Shown here: piece after piece, positions 57,625-64,000 of the stretch
Position numbering within the stretch: the stretch's first letter is position 1
Layout: each line of letters begins with the position of its first letter
Origin: an uncultured Candidatus Rokubacteria bacterium
Lineage (GTDB): Bacteria > Methylomirabilota > Methylomirabilia > Rokubacteriales > DASRDR01
Direction: 5' to 3'
Assembly: GCA_963805625.1 (NCBI GenBank)
Contig: CAWDVE010000022.1
Span: forward strand, 1-64,000
Length of the DNA: 64,000 bases
Notes under the pieces: model-generated
Told to the model about the DNA's origin: nothing
Databases searched by the model: none
What the model saw: the letters and a program-made list of their open reading frames with translations, nothing else
Translations under genes and position numbers: made by a program

Positions 57625-59094
57625 TCAAGGTGAACACCGGTCCGCCCGAATCGGCTTGGCGTGGGCGTCGGAGCGGCTGTCTCGACGCTCAATTCGCGCC
57701 CGGGGCATTGGACGAAGGCCATCGGAGGAGGGCCTCAACCCGATCGCCTTGATCCGCCGCCTCATCGCCGCGATGAGGACGCGCGAGGCCACCGGGGGCG
57801 CAAACAGCCCGGACAGCGGTCTAATGAGATGGGTCACCTCCCCGAGGCGCATCCCCACCTGGGGGTTGGCACACGCTATCAGCTTCGGCCGATACCAGTT
57901 GAACAGCCGCACCGAGAGCGACCGCTTGCCCATAGTGGCCGGAAGTCGCAAGTCATCGGCTGCTGCGAACAACCACGGCGTCATTTGAAAGCCTGCCTGC
58001 GCGGAGAAGAACCTGCCTGGCAGCCGCGGGTCGGCGACTCCGTATGTGGCCAGGCAGTCCTTGAGGAGCCGCGCGGATACCGTGGCGGCGCTCATGCCCT
58101 GACCAAACCGGGGATTGTACGAACAGGCCGCGTCGGCAATCGCGACGAACCTGCCGAGCGGTGTGCGCCACCGCTCATAGTGACGCCACCGATTCCGCGT
58201 CGCGCGGCTGGGATACACGGGAGAGATCGGTTCCATCCGCTGGACCATTTCGTGGACGACCGGCGACGCGAGCCGCTTCAACGCCGCGGTGAATTCGTCC
58301 TCGCGCGTCGGAGGATACGCCTTGTTCACGCCGATATAGCTCAGCAGCCACCGTTGATTCTCCATGGGGAAGAACGCGATGAAGTACGGCTGCTCTGGCG
58401 TGGCGAGCCGAAGAAAGAGCACTTTCCACCACCACTCGGCCGGCCACGCGTGCTGCCTTCCCAACATGAACCAACGCGAGCAGTAGCCACTGTGTCCGTC
58501 GACCACTTCGTCCTCGGGTAGCTCAAGGTTCAACCGCCGCAACCACTCAGCGCTCCTCGAATGCGCGCCGCTCGCATCGACCACCAGGTCGGCGTCGAGG
58601 TGCCGAGTCGACTGGTCGCCGCGTGCGAGCACGTCCACCCCTGTGCAATATCGCCGCGTCTCTCCGGCGGCGCGGAGCGCGGTCACCTCGGTGCGTTCCA
58701 GAAAGGCCACGTTGGGCAGGTCCCGGCACAATTCGCGGACAGTGCCCTCGATCAGTGTCCGGCTCGCGTAGAGTTGCCATAGACTGGTATGGTTGCGTCG
58801 ATTCCATCCGTGTGGCCACAGTGTCGCGACGTCCCAGCCGCTTTCCACCGCCACCGCTCCGCGATCACGCATCCGACGCTCGAAGCCGGGGAAGAAGCTC
58901 TCGAGCTCGCGAAGGCCGCGCGCTAGCAGATTGTGCACATGGCGGGCTTGCGGGACTCCCGGTCGAAACTCGTCGGCTGATGGGTAGGCATCGTGCTCAA
59001 TGATCGTGACCCTGTCGACGACGTCGCTGAGCACACGGGCGGCACACATGCCCGCCAAGCTGCCACCGATCACGAGAGCGCTGGTCGTGGGCAT
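57625..59094 (-). CDS. FAD-dependent monooxygenase/oxidoreductase
   Basis: VIGGSLAG, RPGVPQ..H.H, DLVVDASG, ADA.CSYNP.FGQGMS. Confidence 0.85.
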   Translation of the reverse strand: MPTTSALVIGGSLAGMCAARVLSDVVDRVTIIEHDAYPSADEFRPGVPQARHVHNLLARGLRELESFFPGFERRMRDRGAVAVESGWDVATLWPHGWNRRNHTSLWQLYASRTLIEGTVRELCRDLPNVAFLERTEVTALRAAGETRRYCTGVDVLARGDQSTRHLDADLVVDASGAHSRSAEWLRRLNLELPEDEVVDGHSGYCSRWFMLGRQHAWPAEWWWKVLFLRLATPEQPYFIAFFPMENQRWLLSYIGVNKAYPPTREDEFTAALKRLASPVVHEMVQRMEPISPVYPSRATRNRWRHYERWRTPLGRFVAIADAACSYNPRFGQGMSAATVSARLLKDCLATYGVADPRLPGRFFSAQAGFQMTPWLFAAADDLRLPATMGKRSLSVRLFNWYRPKLIACANPQVGMRLGEVTHLIRPLSGLFAPPVASRVLIAAMRRRIKAIGLRPSSDGLRPMPRARIERRDSRSDAHAKPIRADRCSP

Positions 59095-59322
59095 GGCGTC
59101 CCCCTTTCAGGAAGAGGGTAGGAGACATAAAGCCCCTTCTCGGTCGGGTCCCATGGGGGGTGTTATAGGGCTTCCCACCGACGACCGCTTCCAGCAACGC
59201 CCGGCTCGGGAACGAGAACCTAGCATGAGCGTCGGTGAGCTAGTCGACCTGGTGGCCTATCTGAAGACTCTCGGCGGCCCATCAGGCGGGGCAGGGCCCG
59301 GCCGGGCGCCGTGAGGCCATCC

Positions 59323-60324
59323 TCAGTACTCGTCGAATATCCGCTGGACCTCGGCGGGATCGTCCGAGCGCGTCAACGCCAGCATCGCCAGCACGCGGGC
59401 CTTCTGCGGATTCAGGTTGTCGGCGACGACGAAGCCGCGCTCGCGCAGGACGGTGCGAGGCAGCACGCGTCCGCTGCCCGCCCGGCTCGACAGCACGATC
59501 AACACGCCGCGCCGGCGCGCCTGCAGCAGCGCGTCGCCCTCGGCCGGCGTCGTCACCCCCGGCGGCAGCGACGCGGAGACGATCGCGCGGGCGCCGGCGG
59601 CCACGAAGGCCTCGATGGCCGTGCCATCGGCGCCGGCGTACGACGCGACGACGTCGACACGCGGCAGGTCGATCCGGCCGCGCACGTCGAACTCCGTGTC
59701 GGGGGCGTGCCGCCGCGTCGGCTTGCGGTAGATCGCGATCCGGCCGTCGGGATCCGCGTAGCCGAGCATCCCGAGGTCGGGGCTGCGGAACGTCTCCAGG
59801 CGGAGCGTGGAGGCCTTGGTCACCTCGCGCGCGGCCTGGATCTCGTCGTTGAGCAGGACGAGCACGCCGAGCCCGCGCGCTTCGGGCGATGCCGCGACGC
59901 GGACCGCATTGAGGAGGTTCATCGCCGCATCCGAGCTGAGGCCGGTGGCCGGCCGCTGCGCGCCCACTATCACCACCGGCGCGTCGGTCCGGAGCGTGAG
60001 GTTCAGGAAGTAGGCGGTTTCCTCAAGGGTGGCCGTGCCGTGCGTGATGACCACACCGTTCAGCGGCGCCTCGCGGGCCAGCGCGTCGTGCACCGTGGTG
60101 ACCAGCGCCAGCCAGTCGGCCGGGCCGATGGCGGTGCTGCCCACCGCGCGATACTTCACCGGCACGATCTCGGCGGCTGCGGGCACTTCGGGGAAGCGCT
60201 GCAGCAACTCGTCTGGCTCCGCCTTGCGGGCGGTGTCCATGTACTCCCAGACGTCCAGGCTGTCGCGGCCGATCGAGGAGATCGTCCCGCCGGTGCCGAT
60301 CAAGGCCACGCGCGCTTTCGTCAT
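59323..60324 (-). CDS. Asparaginase
   Basis: GTGGTIS, ITHGTATLEETAY, GAQRP, LNPQKAR. Confidence 0.92.
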   Translation of the reverse strand: MTKARVALIGTGGTISSIGRDSLDVWEYMDTARKAEPDELLQRFPEVPAAAEIVPVKYRAVGSTAIGPADWLALVTTVHDALAREAPLNGVVITHGTATLEETAYFLNLTLRTDAPVVIVGAQRPATGLSSDAAMNLLNAVRVAASPEARGLGVLVLLNDEIQAAREVTKASTLRLETFRSPDLGMLGYADPDGRIAIYRKPTRRHAPDTEFDVRGRIDLPRVDVVASYAGADGTAIEAFVAAGARAIVSASLPPGVTTPAEGDALLQARRRGVLIVLSSRAGSGRVLPRTVLRERGFVVADNLNPQKARVLAMLALTRSDDPAEVQRIFDEY

Positions 60325-60389
60325 CGAAGCCTCCGGCCGCCACGATACGGCAGCGTCCGATCCGGCGCTCGTAGTATCTTGCGGACGTC

Positions 60390-60494
60390 ATGAAGGTCGG
60401 CGTGAACCTCCTGAACTTCGGGCCGGGCGTGACCCCGGAGGCGCTGGCGAGCTGGACGGAGCTGGCGGAGACGCTCGGCTATCACGTCGTGATG
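60390..60494 (+). pseudogene. N-terminal fragment of an LLM (F420-type) oxidoreductase
   Basis: MKVGVNLLNFGP...AETLGYHVVM, then an abrupt switch to C-rich low-complexity sequence. Confidence 0.6.
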
Positions 60495-60777
60495 GAACCT
60501 GCCCCCGCCCGACCCCCGCCCTGCCCAAGACGGCCCGGCCACCCACACCACCAGTCCCGGCGAGGGCCGGAACCCCTCACGCCTTCTGCCAGCCTGACTC
60601 TCGGCGGCGTGCCCTCCTGACCTGCGCCCGGGATCCCACCTCCCGACGCGGTTGCCTGGCTGACCGGCCGCGCGCTACCTTCGGGGGCACGGGGCCGACG
60701 GGGGCGCGGCGGTCCGGGGCGCGGGAAGGGGCCGCAAACGTGGCGCCGCCTGCCTTCGGGTCTCGGAGGAGGGCACG

Positions 60778-62682
60778 ATGTCGAGCCGGTCGGTGTACGA
60801 GGAGGTTTACGCGCGATCCCTCCGCGACCGCGACGGCTTCTGGGCCGCCGCAGCAGAGGCGATCCACTGGGAAAAGCGCTGGGACCGGGTCTTCGACGAC
60901 TCACGCCCGCCCTTCTACCGCTGGTTCGTCGGCGGGGCGCTCAATACCTGCTACAACTGCCTCGACCTCCACGTGGATCGCGGCCGGGGCAAGCAGCCGG
61001 CACTCGTCTACGACAGCCCCGTCACGGGCACCGTGAAGACGTTCACCTACGCGGAGCTGCGCGACGAGGTCGCGCGTGTCGCCGGCATGCTCGTCGCACT
61101 CGGGATCCAGAAGGGCGACCGGGTCATCGTCTACATGCCGATGGTGCCCGAGGCCGTCATGGCGATGCTCGCCTGCGCGCGGATCGGCGCGGTCCACTCG
61201 GTCGTCTTCGGTGGCTTCGCCGCCAACGAGCTGGCCAAGCGCATCGACGACGCCAAGCCTCGACTGATCCTCTCGGCCAGCTACGGGATCGAGGTCAATC
61301 GCCGGATCCCCTACAAGCCGCTGCTTGACGCTGCGATCGAGTTGTCGTCGCACAAGCCCCAGAAGTGCGTGATCTTGCAGCGTCCCGGAGAGGCGGCTCC
61401 GCTTGTGCGGGCGCGCGACCTCGAATGGGCCGAGGCGCTGGCGGGGGGGCGGCCGGCCGAGTGCGTGCCCGTCGCCGCGACCGACCCGCTCTACATTCTC
61501 TACACCTCCGGCACGACCGGGATTCCCAAGGGTGTCGTGCGCGACAACGGCGGGCACGCGGTCGCGCTCAAATGGTCCATGCCGAACATCTACGGCGTGG
61601 GATCGGGCGAGGTCTACTGGGCGGCCTCCGACATCGGCTGGGTCGTCGGCCACTCGTACATCGTCTACGCGCCCCTCCTCAACGGCAACACGACGATCCT
61701 CTACGAGGGCAAGCCCGTGGGTACGCCCGACCCGGGCGCGTTCTGGCGGCTCATCGTCCAGCACGGCGTCAGCGTGCTCTTCACGGCGCCAACGGCGTTT
61801 CGCGCGATCAAGAAGGAGGACCCACACGGCGAGCACATGCGCAAGCACGATCTCAGCCGCTTCCGCACGCTCTTTCTCGCCGGCGAGCGCTGCGATCCCG
61901 ACACGCTCCTCTGGGCGCGCGAGAAGCTCGGTGTGCCGGTGATCGACCACTGGTGGCAGACCGAGACGGGCTGGCCGATCGCCGCCAACGCCGTCGGCCT
62001 CGGCGCGCTGCCGGTGAAGCCCGGCTCGCCGACGAAGGCGATGCCCGGCTACGACGTGCGCGTGCTGGACGAGCGGGGTCAGGAGATGGCCGCCGGCCAG
62101 ATCGGCTCAATCATGATCCGCCTGCCGATGCCGCCGGGCTGCCTGCCGACGCTCTGGAACAACGACGCGGGCTACGAGAAGTCCTACCTCTCCACGCACG
62201 CGGGCTACTACCTCACGGGCGATGCGGGCTATCGAGACGCCGACGGATACCTGTACATCATGAGCCGGGTGGACGACATCATCAACGTCGCCGGCCACCG
62301 GCTCTCGACGGGCGCGATGGAGGAGGTCCTGGCCTCCCATCCCGACGTGGCGGAGTGCGCGGTCGTCGGCGTCGCCGATGCGATCAAGGGCGAGGTCCCG
62401 GTGGGCTTCGTCGTGACCAAGGCTGGTGTCACGCGCGCGGAGAGCGAGATCGTCCAGGAACTGGTCGACAAGGTCCGTGAATCGATCGGGCCGGTCGCCT
62501 CGTTCAAGACGGCGGCACTCGTGAAGCGCCTGCCCAAGACGCGGTCGGGCAAGATCCTGCGCGGCACGATCAAGAAGATCGCCGACGGCGCTACGTGGAC
62601 GATGCCGGCGACGATCGACGACCCGGCGATCCTGGACGAGCTCGGCGAGACGCTGAAGGGACTGGGCTACCCGCAGAAGTGA
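60778..62682 (+). CDS. prpE: Propionyl-CoA synthetase
   Basis: YTSGTTGIPKGVVRDNGGH, LAGERCDP, DHWWQTETGW, INVAGHRLS, LPKTRSGKILR. Confidence 0.88.
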   Translation: MSSRSVYEEVYARSLRDRDGFWAAAAEAIHWEKRWDRVFDDSRPPFYRWFVGGALNTCYNCLDLHVDRGRGKQPALVYDSPVTGTVKTFTYAELRDEVARVAGMLVALGIQKGDRVIVYMPMVPEAVMAMLACARIGAVHSVVFGGFAANELAKRIDDAKPRLILSASYGIEVNRRIPYKPLLDAAIELSSHKPQKCVILQRPGEAAPLVRARDLEWAEALAGGRPAECVPVAATDPLYILYTSGTTGIPKGVVRDNGGHAVALKWSMPNIYGVGSGEVYWAASDIGWVVGHSYIVYAPLLNGNTTILYEGKPVGTPDPGAFWRLIVQHGVSVLFTAPTAFRAIKKEDPHGEHMRKHDLSRFRTLFLAGERCDPDTLLWAREKLGVPVIDHWWQTETGWPIAANAVGLGALPVKPGSPTKAMPGYDVRVLDERGQEMAAGQIGSIMIRLPMPPGCLPTLWNNDAGYEKSYLSTHAGYYLTGDAGYRDADGYLYIMSRVDDIINVAGHRLSTGAMEEVLASHPDVAECAVVGVADAIKGEVPVGFVVTKAGVTRAESEIVQELVDKVRESIGPVASFKTAALVKRLPKTRSGKILRGTIKKIADGATWTMPATIDDPAILDELGETLKGLGYPQK

Positions 62683-62766
62683 CGGCGTGATCGCGCGGCC
62701 AGAGCCATCTAGGAATCACGCTCTTCGGTGCGTCGTTTGACTAGAAGACGAGTCCCGCACAAGGAG

Positions 62767-62798
62767 CCAAAGGCGCCAGGATAGCCTGGCGCCTTTGG
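62767..62798. terminator. Perfect 14-bp hairpin between convergent genes
   Basis: CCAAAGGCGCCAGG-ATAG-CCTGGCGCCTTTGG. Confidence 0.7.
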
Positions 62799-62849
62799 AC
62801 ATGTGGGTTGGCGCTTGGATCGTCTACGTGATTCTCCTTGCGGTCATGT

Positions 62850-63446
62850 CTAGCCCGCCCGCTCTACGAGCTTCACTTCGCCCGACGTGACTTCCGGAGC
62901 TTTAGGCACTAGCGCGGCGAGGTGTTCTTTGATGTATTTCGCCGCGGCCTTTGTCGACTCTTCGGCGCCGGACGGTGACGTGAAGCCGCTAATCGTCACG
63001 AGGGTACCCTTCCCGGCGTCCAGCATCGAATAGCTGGCGAACCCCGGCACGCGGGTGACGAGGGGAAGAAAACCGCTCTTGGCTTGGGTCACGATCTGAT
63101 CGACGTTCTTCGGATCGACCTGGTAGCGGCGAACCACTCCGTACTTGGGCAAGTCCTTGATCTCCCGCAGTCGGATCTCGCCCTGGAGCACGCGTGGCGG
63201 ACTCGGTACCATCGGAGCAATGTTCTCCTTGATCCACGCCGCCGCTTTCTTTGTCGACTCCTCAGCGCCGGTCTTGTTCTGGTAGACACTGTAGGTGACG
63301 AAGTGGCCCTGGCCGGCGTCCATAATCCCGTACGAGACAAAGCCTGGGATGGCTTTGATGATCTTGATGCCATCTGCGGCAACACGGCGAACGATCTCGT
63401 TCACGTTCTTGGCGTCGAGCGTGTAGTGCCTAAGAACTCCGTGCAT
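62850..63446 (-). CDS. Protein with two tandem ABM-like (dimeric alpha+beta barrel) repeats
   Basis: Two halves each with GV.R.Y..D.KNV, PGF.SY, GAEESTK.AA..IKE; AGGAG RBS. Confidence 0.75.
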   Translation of the reverse strand: MHGVLRHYTLDAKNVNEIVRRVAADGIKIIKAIPGFVSYGIMDAGQGHFVTYSVYQNKTGAEESTKKAAAWIKENIAPMVPSPPRVLQGEIRLREIKDLPKYGVVRRYQVDPKNVDQIVTQAKSGFLPLVTRVPGFASYSMLDAGKGTLVTISGFTSPSGAEESTKAAAKYIKEHLAALVPKAPEVTSGEVKLVERAG

Positions 63447-63732
63447 AGGACAACTCCTTTGATGGTTCCGGCGTTCATTCGCGTATCAGACCGGATGGGT
63501 TAGAGGGGAAGTGAGTGCAGCGGAGACCTCCGGCTCCGCTCGCCGAAGGAAGATGCGCGGCACTCTACGCCCGGTCTGTGGAGGAGTCAACCGCCGCCGG
63601 CGTCCCTTCCTGGCGGTAGCATCGCAGGCGAGTACGCCGATCGAGGCCGATGAGTACGGCCGCAAACAGATCCGAGTGCTCGCCCCATGCTTTCCAGGTG
63701 GCACTCAGGCCCTCCCCGTGGGGAGCTCTCCC

Positions 63733-63980
63733 GGGGCCTTCGCCTTGCAGAGGACCAGCGCACGGCTCGGCCCCGGCGCGGGCTCCGGTAGCTGTTCCCA
63801 GGAAGCTTTCACGCTCCCTCCACTCCCCGGGGCCTTCGGCGTGCATCCGCGGCGCATGCCTTGGCCCCGCGCACAGGCTCAGCCCGCTGTGGCATGCGGT
63901 GCCCACGCGGGGCCGGCGGCATGCATCCGCGGCAGCACGCCTCGTCCCCGGGCGCAGGCTAAGGTAGCTGTTCCCCGGAA
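63733..63980. repeat. Degenerate direct repeat of about 55 bp, three copies
   Basis: GGGGCC..CG....GCA...GCCCC...GGCT units at 63733, 63829 and 63909; GGTAGCTGTTCCC..GGAAG at 63787 and 63963. Confidence 0.55.
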
Positions 63981-64000
63981 GTTGCCGCCCGCCGGTTGCA

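Overview
GC-rich bacterial window. Gene content (orphan ABC_sub_bind protein next to a GAF-rich hybrid kinase, zinc-ribbon/STAND cyclase, Tat-exported TRAP binding proteins) resembles Candidatus Rokubacteria or similar soil bacteria; this is an inference. Main blocks: aminotransferase and FAD oxidoreductase; an operon of three TRAP binding proteins, an ABC-type binding protein, a 1911-aa hybrid kinase and a REC-cyclase, with no permease genes; a Pot-like ABC importer with an amidohydrolase; a HEAT, HD-GYP and STAND-cyclase operon; treZ-GH57-treY; a TetR-controlled YbhGFSR-like exporter; a decaying accessory region (hicAB, SWIM-SNF2, vapBC, DHFR-like, IS91-like remnant); and assorted enzymes ending in prpE. 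The most unusual signal is non-coding. A family of GGGCATAGTTT-type repeats (28.9-29.2, 47.4, 52.0, 52.7 and 52.9 kb) brackets toxin-antitoxin modules and appears to truncate neighbouring genes. At 52.7-52.95 kb these repeats flank a sigma70 promoter, the 5' half of a tRNA-Asp and a terminator, which looks like the attP of a small non-autonomous element that replaces the tRNA 5' end. No integrase, CRISPR array, rRNA or intact tRNA was seen. All family assignments are from motif recognition, not database searches.
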